Shown here piece by piece: positions 19,759-30,469 of a stretch of 64,000 bases of DNA. The stretch is from Acidobacteriota bacterium (GTDB lineage: Bacteria; Acidobacteriota; UBA6911; RPQK01; JAJDTT01). The stretch covers positions 1,536,001 to 1,600,000 of the forward strand of contig OZ242374.1 of NCBI GenBank assembly GCA_965209055.1, written 5' to 3'. The notes under the pieces are model-generated. The model ran no database searches, had not been told where the DNA came from, and saw only the letters and a list, made by a program, of their open reading frames with translations. How positions within the stretch are numbered: position 1 is the first letter of the stretch; each line of letters starts with the position of its first letter. The position numbers and the translations under genes are program-made.

Positions 19759-20685
19759 TCAATAGCGCCGGCTGGAGATGAAGGCTGCGATTCCCATGAG
19801 CATCCTGGCCCTGGAGCCCAGGAAGGAGACTTCGCGCGTCGCGTGCCGCACCAGCCGGTCCGCAATCTCATGGCTCCTGCGGACCCCCAGCAGGGCGGGG
19901 TAGGTGGCCTTCTCCAACAGGGCATCCTTCTGCGAACCCTTGCCCAATTCGCTTTGGGAGCCTTCCACGTCCAGGAGATCGTCCACGATCTGAAAACAGA
20001 GGCCGACCTGCCGGGCGTAGGCGCTCAACCTTTGACGGGCGCTTCCGGGGGCCATGCAGAGGAGGGCGGCGGTCGACACGGAGGCCTCGATCAGGGCTCC
20101 GGTCTTGCAGGAGTGAATGTACCGGACCTCCTTTTCGGTATAGGCCTTGCCCTGTGAGAGCAGATCCATGACCTGGCCGCCGATGAGGCCGTTGGAGGTG
20201 CCGATGGCGCGGCACAGGTGAGTGATGACCTGGAGCTTTACGGAATCCGGAACCGCTTTTCCCGGCATCTCCGCCAGGAGCTGGAAGGCCAGGGTCATCA
20301 GGCCGTTCCCGGCCAGAATTGCGATGCCCTCCCCGAACTTCCTGTGGGACGTCGGCAACCCCCGCCGGTAGTCGTCGTCGTCCATGGCGGGAAGGTCGTC
20401 GTGAATCAGGGAGTAGGTGTGGATCAGCTCCAGGGCGCAGGCCAGTTGCAACGAGGTCTCTTCGTCCCCGTCCAGGGCTTCCGCCGTCGCCAGGGCGAGC
20501 GCGGGACGAACCCGTTTGCCCCCGGCGAAGAGGCTGTAGCGCATGGCCTCGTGGACGATCCCGGGATAGGTGTCCGCAGGCGGCATCACGCTCTCCAACC
20601 TGGCGTCGACCCGCCGCTGCTGGAGACGGAGATAACTCCTCACCTCCGCCGAGTCCGCATGGGCCGCCGCCGGGGGTTTCATCAC
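19759..20685 (-). CDS. ispA: Farnesyl/geranylgeranyl diphosphate synthase
   Basis: GGKRVRP, LIHDDLPAMDDDDYRRG, FQIVDDLLD. Confidence 0.93.
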   Translation of the reverse strand: MMKPPAAAHADSAEVRSYLRLQQRRVDARLESVMPPADTYPGIVHEAMRYSLFAGGKRVRPALALATAEALDGDEETSLQLACALELIHTYSLIHDDLPAMDDDDYRRGLPTSHRKFGEGIAILAGNGLMTLAFQLLAEMPGKAVPDSVKLQVITHLCRAIGTSNGLIGGQVMDLLSQGKAYTEKEVRYIHSCKTGALIEASVSTAALLCMAPGSARQRLSAYARQVGLCFQIVDDLLDVEGSQSELGKGSQKDALLEKATYPALLGVRRSHEIADRLVRHATREVSFLGSRARMLMGIAAFISSRRY

Positions 20686-20921
20686 TCCTCTTCCTGCCCG
20701 GAGAGTTGGAAGGGACCCGATTCCAGCTCCCCCTCCTCGTTCCTGGTCAAGATTTCCACTTTGCGCTCCGCCTCCTTCAAGACTCGCGCGCAGTAACGGG
20801 ATACCCGGACCCCCTCTTCAAAGAGCTTCAGGGCCTCTTCCAAAGAGAGGTCTCCCTTCTCCAGGTCTCCGACGATCTTCTCCAAGCGGGACAACTCCCC
20901 TTCGAATTCCCTATATTTCAC
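20682..20921 (-). CDS. xseB: Exodeoxyribonuclease VII small subunit
   Basis: FE..L.RLEKIV..LE.GDLSLEEALKLFEEG. Confidence 0.95.
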   Translation of the reverse strand: MKYREFEGELSRLEKIVGDLEKGDLSLEEALKLFEEGVRVSRYCARVLKEAERKVEILTRNEEGELESGPFQLSGQEEE

Positions 20922-22215
20922 CTTCGTCCTCGCGTCTGGCCATGAAGCTGCCGCGTCCGGTCCGGACCTTGACCAGTTCGCCGTGCAGAACCTGAGCGGC
21001 TTCCCGGACCACCTGTCCGGTGCCGGTCGTGATTATAGCGTAGCCCCGTTCCAGGACCGCCAACGGCGAGTAGGCGTGCAGGCGTCCCGCGGTTTCTCCC
21101 AGGCCCTGCTTCAACTCCTTCAGGTATAGGTCCATCCGATGTTCGAGGGCGGTGCTCGATTGCTCCACCCGGGCACCGATGGGCGCCAGGAACGCGGGAA
21201 GCGCCTTCCGGAATCTCCCCTGGAGATCGTCCAGGCGCTGCAGGAAAAACTTGAGACGAGTCTCGGCGTCCACGAACCCGCGGCTGGCGGTGAGAATGCG
21301 CAGCCGTTCCCGTTTCTTGTGGAGAATCAGCGACATGGCCTGCGCGGCCCGCTTTTCCAGATGTCCCGTTCTTTGAGCGAGCTCCTCCCGGGCCGCGGAG
21401 ACGGTTTCGGCCGCGGCCGACGGGGTCGCAGCTCTCACGTCGGCGACGAAGTCGGCGATGGTGAAGTCGGTCTCGTGACCGACCGCCGAGATCACCGGGA
21501 CGCGGGATTCGAAAATGGTCCTGGCCAGAGCCTCGTCGTTGAACGCCCAGAGGTCTTCCACCGAGCCGCCGCCGCGCGCGATGATGATGGCGTCCACGTC
21601 TCCCCGCCGGGCCAGCTCCCGGATGCCTTCGGCGATTTGCGGGGGAGCCGTGGGTCCCTGGACCGTGGCCGGGTAGATCAGGACGCCGACCCGGTCGTTC
21701 CGTTCCTGCAGGACCCGGAGTATGTCCCGTACCGCCGCGCCGCTGGGGGAGGTCACCACCCCGACCTTGGCGGGAAACAACGGAAGCTTCAGCTTGCGGG
21801 CGGGGTCGAACAGACCCTCCTTGGCGAGCCGTTCCTTGAGTTGTTCGAAGGCGACCTGGAGCGCGCCGCGGCCCAAGGGCTCCAGGTGACTGACCATCAG
21901 TTGGACCTGCCCCCTGGGGGCATAGACCGAGATCGAGCCCCGGGCCAGAAGCTCCATGCCGTCCTCGGGTCGAAACTTCAGGTAGCGGCGCCGCATCCGG
22001 AAACAGACGGCGGGGATTTGCGCTTCCGGGTCCTTGAGGGTGAAGTAGAGGTGGCCGGACGGGGGAATTCGCAGGTTGGAGACCTCACCCTGGACCCAGA
22101 CGTCCCGGAACCCGGTCTCCAATCGGGACTTGATCCGGTAGACGATCTGCGAAACGGACAGGATCCGGCGTTCTTCCGACTCTGCGAACTTCGCCATCAT
22201 GTCGAGCTGCTTCAT
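20911..22215 (-). CDS. xseA: Exodeoxyribonuclease VII large subunit
   Basis: GEVSN..SGHLYFTLKD, RGGGSVEDLWAFN, SAVGHETD, TPSAAAE. Confidence 0.96.
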   Translation of the reverse strand: MKQLDMMAKFAESEERRILSVSQIVYRIKSRLETGFRDVWVQGEVSNLRIPPSGHLYFTLKDPEAQIPAVCFRMRRRYLKFRPEDGMELLARGSISVYAPRGQVQLMVSHLEPLGRGALQVAFEQLKERLAKEGLFDPARKLKLPLFPAKVGVVTSPSGAAVRDILRVLQERNDRVGVLIYPATVQGPTAPPQIAEGIRELARRGDVDAIIIARGGGSVEDLWAFNDEALARTIFESRVPVISAVGHETDFTIADFVADVRAATPSAAAETVSAAREELAQRTGHLEKRAAQAMSLILHKKRERLRILTASRGFVDAETRLKFFLQRLDDLQGRFRKALPAFLAPIGARVEQSSTALEHRMDLYLKELKQGLGETAGRLHAYSPLAVLERGYAIITTGTGQVVREAAQVLHGELVKVRTGRGSFMARREDEGEI

Positions 22216-22272
22216 CCGAATCCGGGCCTGTTTCCGCGGAATGCATAAATACACTAGCATTCCGGAGAAGTT

Positions 22273-22378
22273 GGAAGGGCGATTTCTAATCGCCCATTTC
22301 TCTGCGCCAATTGGTTGCGGCGGATTTCGGCGGTTGGAAACCGCCGCTCCAGATCGGCGGTTAGGAAACCGCCGCTCC
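22273..22378. repeat. REP-like palindromic repeat cluster
   Basis: GGGCGATTTCTAATCGCCC plus two CGGCGGTT(A)GGAAACCGCCGCTCC hairpins; similar cluster at 30057-30137. Confidence 0.75.
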
Positions 22379-22393
22379 TGCTATGATGGCGTC

Positions 22394-23254
22394 ATGGCTT
22401 GGTTCAAGCGGGAAAAGCGGCCTTTTCGGGCGCTGCCGGAAGAAGACCGCCGCGTTCGCACCGAGGGGGTCTTCACCAAGTGTCCCGATTGCGGCAGCAT
22501 CATCTGGAAAAAAGAGCTGGCGGAGAACTTCCTGGTCTGCCCCCGCTGCGGCCACCATTTCAAGATCGGCGCCCGGAAGCGCCTGGAACTGCTCCTGGAC
22601 GATGCCGAATATGAAGAATTCGCTGCCGGGATTCGTTCCTCCGACCCGCTCGAATTCGAGGACAGGAAGAACTACCGCGACCGGATCGAGGCGTCCCGCC
22701 GCTCGACCGGCCTCAACGAGGCGGTCATCTGCGCGGAGGGCTCCCTGCGTGGCCATCGGGTCGTGTGCGCCGCCATGGAATACAGCTTCATCGGCGGATC
22801 CATGGGATCGGTCGTCGGTGAGAAGATCACCTTGGCGGTGGAGCGCTCGCTGGAGCGGAAAATCCCCCTGATCATCGTTTCCGCCAGCGGCGGCGCACGC
22901 ATGATGGAAGGGGTGCTCTCGCTGATGCAGATGGCCAAGATCAGTTCCGCCCTCTCCCTCCTGGACCGGGAGGGCCTTCCCTACATCTCGCTCCTGACGG
23001 ATCCCACGACCGGGGGCGTCACCGCCAGTTTCGCCATGCTGGGAGACCTGAATCTGGCTGAGCCCAAGGCTCTCATTGGATTCGCCGGCCCCAGGGTCAT
23101 CGAGCAGACCATCCGGCAGCGGCTGCCCGAGGGGTTCCAGAGGAGCGAATTCCTCCTGGAGCATGGCATGCTGGATGCGGTGGTCCGAAGGAAGGACCTG
23201 AGAGCGTTCATCGGAGACTGGCTCGTCTTCATGAACGATGCCCCGAGCCGGTGA
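22394..23254 (+). CDS. accD: Acetyl-CoA carboxylase carboxyltransferase beta subunit
   Basis: CPDC..CPRC Zn finger, GGSMGSVVGEK, SGGARMMEG, DPTTGGVTASFA, FQRSEFLLEHG. Confidence 0.96.
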   Translation: MAWFKREKRPFRALPEEDRRVRTEGVFTKCPDCGSIIWKKELAENFLVCPRCGHHFKIGARKRLELLLDDAEYEEFAAGIRSSDPLEFEDRKNYRDRIEASRRSTGLNEAVICAEGSLRGHRVVCAAMEYSFIGGSMGSVVGEKITLAVERSLERKIPLIIVSASGGARMMEGVLSLMQMAKISSALSLLDREGLPYISLLTDPTTGGVTASFAMLGDLNLAEPKALIGFAGPRVIEQTIRQRLPEGFQRSEFLLEHGMLDAVVRRKDLRAFIGDWLVFMNDAPSR

Positions 23255-23298
23255 CGACCGCCCGCGGAACGCACGTTCCGCTCACTGACGTCGACAAG

Positions 23299-24600
23299 AT
23301 GGATTACAGCGAGTGCCTCGCCTATCTCCGGAGGCTGGGGGACGAGGTGCTCACCATGCGTCTCGGCCTGGAGCCCTTTCGAGGCTTGCTGGGGCAATTG
23401 GATCACCCTCATCGCAGATTTCCTTCGGTCGTGGTCGCCGGGACCAACGGCAAGGGGTCCGTCACCCGGCTTCTGGGGTCCATCATGTCCTCCTGCGGCT
23501 TGAGGACCGCCGTCTTCACTTCGCCCCATGTCATGCGGCTGGAGGAGCGGATCGTGGTGGACGGGAAACCGATCTCCCGGCAGGAATTCGCCGACTGCTT
23601 CAGCCGGGTGGCGGAGACCATCCGGCGAGCGGAGCTGCGGTTCCACCCCACCTATTTCGAGACGGTGACCGCGACGGCATTCCGGTACTTCGCCCGCCGC
23701 CGGGTGGATCTGGCGATCCTGGAAGTGGGCATGGGCGGCCGGCTGGACAGCACCAACGCGGTGGACCCCCGGCTTTCCGTCATCACTCCTGTCGGACTGG
23801 ATCACCAGGCGCAGTTGGGGAACACGGTGCAGGAAATTGCCCTCGAGAAGGCGGGAGTGCTCCGGCCCGCGACGCCTGTCCTCCTTTCTCCCCAAAGGAA
23901 GGATGTGAGACGGGTCCTGGGTGAGCGGGCGGCCCGCGTGGGTGCCGTGGTTCACGATCTCGATCTGCCCGCACTGCGTCCCCTGGAGGAACGGCGGGGC
24001 CGGTATTCCTTCTCCTTCCGGGGGACGAGCTACCGTTTGGGAATGCACGGCAAGCATCAGATCGAGAATGCGGGCGTGGCGATCCAGGCATCGGAAATCC
24101 TGGAACGGCTGGGATTCGCCCGCGACGGGACCGGCGTTCGGGAGGGCGTCGAAAAAGCGCGTTCCCTGGGAGTGCTGCAGAAGATCGAGGGCCGTCCGGC
24201 GGTTTACCTGGACGGGGGACACAACCGGGACGCCGTCGCCAACCTGGCGGCGTTCCTCCAGGAACACACCAAGCCGCCCCGATCACTGGTCTTCGGGATC
24301 ATGCGGGACAAGGACATCGAGGTCGTGCTCGGGCTCCTGGCTCCGTTGTTCGAACGGATTGTCTTCACCTCGTTCCGGTCGGCGAGGGCGGCAGCTCCTC
24401 AGCGGCTGAAGGAGGTCTGTCCCCGCGGCCGCGCAGTCCCGGATCCCGTACTTGCGCTGAGGCGGGTTCTGGAGGCGGGAGCGACGACGGTGGTGGCCGG
24501 ATCCTTCTACCTGGTGGGCGAGATCCTGTCGGCGATCGAGGAGGGGTCGGTCAACTGGGATCGTCCAGCTTCAGTTCGAAGAGGAGATCACCCGTGGTGA
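23299..24600 (+). CDS. folC: Folylpolyglutamate synthase/dihydrofolate synthase
   Basis: VAGTNGKGS, FTSPH, EVGMGGRLDSTN, LDGGHN, GSFYLVG; start could be 23251. Confidence 0.95.
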   Translation: MDYSECLAYLRRLGDEVLTMRLGLEPFRGLLGQLDHPHRRFPSVVVAGTNGKGSVTRLLGSIMSSCGLRTAVFTSPHVMRLEERIVVDGKPISRQEFADCFSRVAETIRRAELRFHPTYFETVTATAFRYFARRRVDLAILEVGMGGRLDSTNAVDPRLSVITPVGLDHQAQLGNTVQEIALEKAGVLRPATPVLLSPQRKDVRRVLGERAARVGAVVHDLDLPALRPLEERRGRYSFSFRGTSYRLGMHGKHQIENAGVAIQASEILERLGFARDGTGVREGVEKARSLGVLQKIEGRPAVYLDGGHNRDAVANLAAFLQEHTKPPRSLVFGIMRDKDIEVVLGLLAPLFERIVFTSFRSARAAAPQRLKEVCPRGRAVPDPVLALRRVLEAGATTVVAGSFYLVGEILSAIEEGSVNWDRPASVRRGDHPW

Positions 24601-25090
24601 CGCTCGTGCCTTCGCGGACGTGGCAAGCCTGAATCGTCCCGGCGCCCGGAGCGCCGATCTGGTTCTGCATCTTCATGGCCTCGATCACCACCAGCCCCTC
24701 GCCGGCCTCGACCCGGTCCTTCGGCTGGCGCAGGATCCGGATCACCTTGCCCGGCATCTTGGCCCTCAGCGTCGAATCACCCGCCTGGCCGGTGGTGGAG
24801 CCGCGGCGCCGAAGCCGGTCCCTCGGATCCAGGGCCTCGACCCGGGCGGTCCGGCCCAGCCAGGAGATGAGGATCTCTCCTCCATCCCGCCACGAGGAGA
24901 CTTCCTGAATCCGTCCGTCCAATTCAAGGAGCCAACCGGCCGCGGTTCGGCCCAGGAGCCGAGCCGTCAATGTTCGGGAGTATTCACCGGGTCCCCGAAG
25001 CCGGATCCTGAATTCAGGGACCCCTCCGGTCCCGGCCCGGTCGATTTCGGCCTGGAACGATTGTTCCTGATATTGAAGATCCAGCTTCAC
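24551..25090 (-). CDS. Biotin carboxyl carrier protein of an acyl-CoA carboxylase
   Basis: MPGKV..IEAMKMQN biotinylation motif; GTGA overlap with upstream gene. Confidence 0.9.
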   Translation of the reverse strand: MKLDLQYQEQSFQAEIDRAGTGGVPEFRIRLRGPGEYSRTLTARLLGRTAAGWLLELDGRIQEVSSWRDGGEILISWLGRTARVEALDPRDRLRRRGSTTGQAGDSTLRAKMPGKVIRILRQPKDRVEAGEGLVVIEAMKMQNQIGAPGAGTIQACHVREGTSVTTGDLLFELKLDDPS

Positions 25091-26607
25091 GTCCGAGACC
25101 AACCCCCTGGCAGGCCGGAAAAGGGTCCCCGAGTCTTCCAGGCGCTGCCCGGAACGGTTGTGGGAGCCTTCTTCTCCCCCTCTTCCAGCATTCGGTGAAT
25201 GGCGGCGGCCGCCAGAGGCACGGCAGGGTCTGGGGCTTGTTCCTGGTGGCCGGGGAGGGCCATCAACTTGTCCACCAGCCCCGTATTCAGTTCTCCCGCA
25301 ACGAAGCCGGGGTTCTCCATCAGGGATCTGAAAAAGGGGATGGTGGTGGTCACGCCGGCGATCCGGTATTCATCCAGGGCCCGCTTCATTCGGCGCAGAG
25401 CTTCCCGGCGGTCCGGGCCGTAGGTGACCAGCTTGCTGATCAGAGGGTCGTAGTGGACGGGAACCTCAACCCCCGCGTAGATGCCGGAATCCAATCGGAC
25501 TCCGGGACCGCCCGGTTCCAGCAGGTCTCGGATCCGGCCGGGCGCCGGAAGGAAGTCGTTGTCGGGATCCTCGGCGTAGATGCGGCATTCGAGTGCGTGT
25601 CCTCGCATTCTAATGTCCTCCTGCTTCCATCCCAACGGTTCTCCGGCGGCGATTCGCAGTTGTTCCCGGACCAGATCGATGCCGGTCACCAATTCGGTCA
25701 CCGGATGTTCGACCTGCAGGCGCGTGTTCATCTCCAGAAAGTAGAAGCGCCAGCCATACTCACGATCCTGTTCCACCAGGAATTCCACGGTCCCGGCGTT
25801 GTAGTATCCGGAGGCGCGGGCGACGGCCACGGCGGCCCTCCCCAGCTCGGCCCTCAAATCGGGCGTTACCACCGGCGAAGGGGCCTCCTCGACCAGCTTC
25901 TGGTGCCGGCGCTGGGTTGAGCACTCTCTCTCTCCCAGATGGATCAGGTCTCCGTTCCGGTCCCCCAGGACCTGCACCTCCACGTGACGCGGCTGCTGGA
26001 GGTACTTCTCCAGGAACACCCGGGAATCCTGGAATGACGCATGAGCCTCGCTGCCGGCGATGCTCAGGGCCGCCTCCAGGTCTTCCTCGCGTAAAACCAC
26101 CCGGAGTCCCTTGCCGCCGCCACCTCCGCTGGCCTTGACCATGATGGGAAAACCGATCCGGCGGGCCGCCCGGACCGCCTCTTCCGGAGATCGAACCGGG
26201 TCCGGCGTTCCGGGAATCACCGGAACCTCGACCTCCTCCGCGATCCGGCGGCTGGCGATCTTGTCTCCCATCAGGCGCAGGGACGATACCGAGGGTCCGA
26301 TGAAGACCAGGCCGGCGTCCTCGCACGCGCTTGCGAAGCGCGCGTTTTCCGAGAGGAACCCGTAGCCGGGATGGATGGCGTCGGCCCCGGCCGCCTTGGC
26401 CGCGGCCAGCACCTTTTCCACCGAAAGGTAGCTTTGGTCGGCCCGGGCCTCTCCGATGAAGTGGGCCTCGTCCGCCAATCGGACATGGAGCGAGTCGAGA
26501 TCCGCCTCCGAGTAGACGACGGCCGCCGGAAGCCCCAGGTCCCGGCAGGTTCGCAGGATTCGCACCGCGATCTCACCCCGGTTGGCGATCAGCACCTTCT
26601 TGAACAT
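25087..26607 (-). CDS. Biotin carboxylase subunit (AccC/PccA type)
   Basis: VLIANRGEIA, HPGYGFLSEN, GGGGKG, FLEMNTRLQVEHPVTE. Confidence 0.95.
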   Translation of the reverse strand: MFKKVLIANRGEIAVRILRTCRDLGLPAAVVYSEADLDSLHVRLADEAHFIGEARADQSYLSVEKVLAAAKAAGADAIHPGYGFLSENARFASACEDAGLVFIGPSVSSLRLMGDKIASRRIAEEVEVPVIPGTPDPVRSPEEAVRAARRIGFPIMVKASGGGGGKGLRVVLREEDLEAALSIAGSEAHASFQDSRVFLEKYLQQPRHVEVQVLGDRNGDLIHLGERECSTQRRHQKLVEEAPSPVVTPDLRAELGRAAVAVARASGYYNAGTVEFLVEQDREYGWRFYFLEMNTRLQVEHPVTELVTGIDLVREQLRIAAGEPLGWKQEDIRMRGHALECRIYAEDPDNDFLPAPGRIRDLLEPGGPGVRLDSGIYAGVEVPVHYDPLISKLVTYGPDRREALRRMKRALDEYRIAGVTTTIPFFRSLMENPGFVAGELNTGLVDKLMALPGHQEQAPDPAVPLAAAAIHRMLEEGEKKAPTTVPGSAWKTRGPFSGLPGGWSRT

Positions 26608-26617
26608 GGCTGGCAAT

Positions 26618-28168
26618 TCAGAGAGGGATGTTGCCGTGCTTCCTGGGCGGATTGGTGTCGCGCTTGTTGGCGCTCATCTCCAGGGCCCGGATCAGCTTGG
26701 GACGGGTCTGGCTGGGCTCGATGATCTCGTCCACGTAGCCCCGCTCGGCGGCCACGTAGGGATTGGCGAACTTGTTTCGAAATTCGCTGGTTTTTCGAGC
26801 CTTGAAGTCTTGCGGCTGCGATTCGTCCCGGAGCTCCCGCCGGAAGAGGATCTCGACCGCCCCTTCCGGACCCATGACGGCGATCTCGGCGGTGGGATAG
26901 GCGAAGTTCAGGTCGGCCCGGATCTGCTTGGACGCCATGACGCAGTAGGCGCCGCCGTAAGCTTTCCGGGTGATGACGGTGATCTTGGGCACGGTGGCCT
27001 CGGCGAACGCGTACAGCAGCTTGGCGCCGTGGCGGATGATCCCCCCATGCTCCTGGTCCACGCCCGGCAGAAACCCCGGCACGTCCTCGAAAACCACCAG
27101 CGGCAGGTTGAAGGCATCGCAGAAACGGACGAACCGGGCTCCCTTGACCGACGAATCGATGTCCAGGGTTCCGGCCAGAACGGCGGGTTGATTGGCCACG
27201 ACGCCGACGGGACGCCCGTCGAAGCGAGCGAAACCCACGACGATGTTGGGGGCGAAGCCGGCGTGGACTTCGAAGAAGTAGCGGTCGTCCACCACGGTCT
27301 GAATGAGGTCCTTGATGTCGTAGGCCTGGTTCGGTTCGGCCGGGATCAGGTGATTCAGCTCCTCCGAGGTCCGGTCGGCCGGGTCCGACGTCCGGACATG
27401 AGGAGGATCGTCGACGTTGTTGGAGGGGAGGAAGGAGATCAACTCCCGTATCTGGACCAGGCACTCCTCCTCCGTGGGACTGGCGAAGTGGGCCACGCCG
27501 CTCACGTTGTTGTGGGCCGTCGCTCCGCCCAACTCCGATTTGGACACCTCTTCGTGAGTCACCGCGCGGATCACGTCGGGTCCGGTGATGAACATGTAGC
27601 TGGTCTTGTTCACCATGAAGATGAAGTCGGTGATGGCGGGAGAATAGACGGCGCCGCCCGCACAGGGACCCAGGATGGCGGAAATCTGCGGAACGACGCC
27701 GCTGGCCAACGTGTTGCGGAGGAAGATCTCGGCGTAACCCGCCAGACTGACGACGCCCTCCTGGATCCGGGCGCCGCCGCTGTCGTTCAGGCCGATGACC
27801 GGCGCCCCCATCTTCATGGCCAGATCCATGATCTTGCAGATCTTGGCCGCGTAGGTCTCGGACAGGCTGCCGCCGAAGACGGTGAAATCCTGAGAAAAGA
27901 CGTAGACGAGCCGGCCGTCGATCCGCCCATGCCCGGTGATCACGCCGTCGCCGGGGATCCGGCGCTGGTCCATGGAGAAATCGGTGCAGCGATGGACGAC
28001 GAACTTGTCCAGTTCCTGGAACGAGCCCTCGTCCAGCAGGAGGGCGAGCCGTTCCCGGGCGGTCAGCTTTCCCGCATCGTGCTGGCGTTGGATTCGAGCC
28101 GCGTCGTGACCCTTTTCGGCCTCCCGGTTTCGGCGTCTCAGCTCTTCAAACTGTTCCCGGGTGTCCAT
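26618..28168 (-). CDS. pccB: Propionyl/methylmalonyl-CoA carboxylase carboxyltransferase beta subunit
   Basis: [34 protein letters not shown]-terminus. Confidence 0.9.
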   Translation of the reverse strand: MDTREQFEELRRRNREAEKGHDAARIQRQHDAGKLTARERLALLLDEGSFQELDKFVVHRCTDFSMDQRRIPGDGVITGHGRIDGRLVYVFSQDFTVFGGSLSETYAAKICKIMDLAMKMGAPVIGLNDSGGARIQEGVVSLAGYAEIFLRNTLASGVVPQISAILGPCAGGAVYSPAITDFIFMVNKTSYMFITGPDVIRAVTHEEVSKSELGGATAHNNVSGVAHFASPTEEECLVQIRELISFLPSNNVDDPPHVRTSDPADRTSEELNHLIPAEPNQAYDIKDLIQTVVDDRYFFEVHAGFAPNIVVGFARFDGRPVGVVANQPAVLAGTLDIDSSVKGARFVRFCDAFNLPLVVFEDVPGFLPGVDQEHGGIIRHGAKLLYAFAEATVPKITVITRKAYGGAYCVMASKQIRADLNFAYPTAEIAVMGPEGAVEILFRRELRDESQPQDFKARKTSEFRNKFANPYVAAERGYVDEIIEPSQTRPKLIRALEMSANKRDTNPPRKHGNIPL

Positions 28169-28210
28169 GGCGGAAGCCGGTACCGCAGGCCTCTCCCCTG
28201 CCGCGGCGTT

Positions 28211-28861
28211 TCAGGCCAGGACCTTTCGCCGGTTCCAGTCGGCCAGGAACTTTTCCAGGCCAATGTCTGTCAGGGGGTGCTTCATCAGTTGCTCCAGCAC
28301 CTTGGCCGGCAGCGTGGCGATTTCGGCGCCCATCTTGGCCGCCTCCACCACGTGGACCGGGTTTCGAACCGAGGCCACCAGGACCTCCGTGTCGAAGTCG
28401 TAGTTCTCGTACATGAGCAGGATTTCGGAGATGAGCCCCATTCCTTCCTGGGAGATATCGTCGAGCCTGCCGATGAACGGGCTCACGATGGCCGCTCCGT
28501 TCTTGGCCGCCAGCAGTGCCTGGCCTGGACTGAAGATCAGCGTGACGTTGACCGAAATGCCTTCCTGGGAGACGACGTTGAGCGCCTTGAGGCCTTCGCG
28601 GATCATGGGCAGCTTGACGTAGACGTTCTTGTGGAGGCTGGAGAGATGACGCGCCTCTTCGATCATGCCTCGGGCGTCGGTGGAGACGACTTCCAGATTG
28701 ACGGGTCCGTCCACGAGTTCGCAGATCTCCAGGGCCAACTCCTCAAGATCCCGCCCTTCCTTGGCGATCAGGCTGGGATTTGTGGTGACCCCGTCGACCA
28801 GGCCGAGTTCGACTCCCCTGCGGATCTCTTCCAGGTTGGCGGTGTCGAGGAAAAACTTCAT
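28211..28861 (-). CDS. Transaldolase / fructose-6-phosphate aldolase (TalC/Fsa type)
   Basis: [35 protein letters not shown]. Confidence 0.95.
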   Translation of the reverse strand: MKFFLDTANLEEIRRGVELGLVDGVTTNPSLIAKEGRDLEELALEICELVDGPVNLEVVSTDARGMIEEARHLSSLHKNVYVKLPMIREGLKALNVVSQEGISVNVTLIFSPGQALLAAKNGAAIVSPFIGRLDDISQEGMGLISEILLMYENYDFDTEVLVASVRNPVHVVEAAKMGAEIATLPAKVLEQLMKHPLTDIGLEKFLADWNRRKVLA

Positions 28862-28876
28862 GAGACCTCCTTCCCC

Positions 28877-29887
28877 TCAGTTTCGGACGGCGATGCTGGC
28901 CTCCGGCGAGGGCGGGCTTTCGTTGTCTGACTTGTCCACGGCGGAGACCCGGTACCGATAGGTCTCGCCTTCCCTGACCGTGGTGTCCGTGAACATTCGA
29001 TCTTGCAACAGAGGCGAAATCTTGCGGACCGTTCCGCCTTCCAATTCCCTGTACACGAAGTAGCCTGCCAGGTCCGCCTCGCGGTTCGGATCCCAGTAGA
29101 CTCGAACCTCACTTTCCCAGTAGACCGCCGTGACATTCCGGGGAGTCCCCGGGGCGAACGAGTCCGCGGGGACGATGGTCAAAGTATCACTGGCCCGGCT
29201 CAGAATCAAAGGATCGGCATCGTGGCTGACGGCCTGGACGCTGTAGCGCTTGGGATGGCCGAAGCGGAATTCCGGGTCCTGAAACACCTCCGTGGCAACG
29301 CGATACCGGGAATTGACCAGGTAGCCGACGACGTTGGCGGGACGGCTCCCGTCATGATTGGACTCGGGCCGGTCCCACTCCAGCCGCAGGTGGTTCGAGT
29401 TGACTTCGCAGCGGAGATTCCGGGGCGCCGCTGCCGCTTTGACGGAGGCCGTTCGCACCAGATTGGACGGGGGAGAAACTAGGCCGTCCAGGTCCGCGAA
29501 GCGAAGGAAATAGCCGCACGAGGTTGCGTCCCCGGGCAGTTCCAGCTCCACCCGGTACCCGGACCCGTCGTCCCGTCTCCGAAGCTGACGCCTGTAAAGG
29601 GTCAGGACCGGCTCCAGGGTTGTGTTTTCGCCGGGACACGAGCGATGGATTCGGATTTGGTCCGTCTCACTGGACGCCAGGGGAAAGTGCAGTTGAACGC
29701 GATCGTCCACCTGGACCAGCGTCAGGGTTCGAATGGTGGGAGGCGGTTGGGAGAGCGGGGGGAGCGGATCTCCCACCTTGGCGCAACCCGGCCCCGCCAT
29801 CGGCCCAATGAGCGAGATCAGGACGACGGACCGGGCCCAAGTCCGACGGGACGAAAACTCCTTTTCGACGCGCATTGCGGGGCTCAT
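28877..29887 (-). CDS. Fibronectin type III domain lipoprotein
   Basis: GCAKVGDPLPP lipobox-like start, FN3 repeats (WDPNREADLAGY..YRYRVSAVD..NES). Confidence 0.8.
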   Translation of the reverse strand: MSPAMRVEKEFSSRRTWARSVVLISLIGPMAGPGCAKVGDPLPPLSQPPPTIRTLTLVQVDDRVQLHFPLASSETDQIRIHRSCPGENTTLEPVLTLYRRQLRRRDDGSGYRVELELPGDATSCGYFLRFADLDGLVSPPSNLVRTASVKAAAAPRNLRCEVNSNHLRLEWDRPESNHDGSRPANVVGYLVNSRYRVATEVFQDPEFRFGHPKRYSVQAVSHDADPLILSRASDTLTIVPADSFAPGTPRNVTAVYWESEVRVYWDPNREADLAGYFVYRELEGGTVRKISPLLQDRMFTDTTVREGETYRYRVSAVDKSDNESPPSPEASIAVRN

Positions 29888-30056
29888 CCTACATGATCTT
29901 TCGCGTGGTCAGAGGGGGTCCGCGCCCGGCCCGGGAAAATTTCTTAAAACCTTTTTCGGTGCAGCGGCATCAAACATTGCAGGGAGCGGGATCAGGGATA
30001 ATCTCCCCTCCTTACAAGTCCCGACAGGACACGCCAACCCTGGTTCCGCTCCCCTC

Positions 30057-30137
30057 GGAAGGGCGATTTCCCAATCGCCCGGCTCTTCTGCTGTTCCCTT
30101 GCAACTCAGGAATCGGCGGTTAGGAAACCGCCGGTCC
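30057..30137. repeat. REP-like palindromic repeat cluster (second copy)
   Basis: GGAAGGGCGATTTCCCAATCGCCC ... CGGCGGTTAGGAAACCGCCG, same order as at 22273. Confidence 0.75.
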
Positions 30138-30154
30138 GGTACGCCGGCAATGGT

Positions 30155-30373
30155 CTACTTGCAGTCCTGTAGAACCGCCGTGCGGATGAACCGGTACGCG
30201 TCCAGGCAGGTGGGACACTCGAAGAGGTGGTCGATGGTCTGGATGATTTCCAGGTTGGAGAGCTGATGGGTGGCAAGAGAATGCATCTGGCGGGCGGAGA
30301 CGTGACCCCGCCGTTCGTACCTGACGGGAAACGTCACGGTAAAGGCGATCTTGCATACAATCGGCTGGGCCAT
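30155..30373 (-). CDS. Small protein with HxxxCxxC (zf-HC2/ZAS-like) motif
   Basis: DHLFECPTCLDAY in 72-aa ORF. Confidence 0.55.
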   Translation of the reverse strand: MAQPIVCKIAFTVTFPVRYERRGHVSARQMHSLATHQLSNLEIIQTIDHLFECPTCLDAYRFIRTAVLQDCK

Positions 30374-30469
30374 CGACTCGCTCGCATCATAGCAGATAGG
30401 CTAAATTCAGGAAACGGCGCCGCCATGAGAGGTCTCCCGAGTGATCGCAGATATGCAGCAGGTGACACC

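Noticed and set aside
26582-28930. 782-aa plus-strand ORF and similar long antisense ORFs (9958-11571, 21139-22248, 36555-37817)
   Set aside because: Mirror frames of well-supported genes on the opposite strand.
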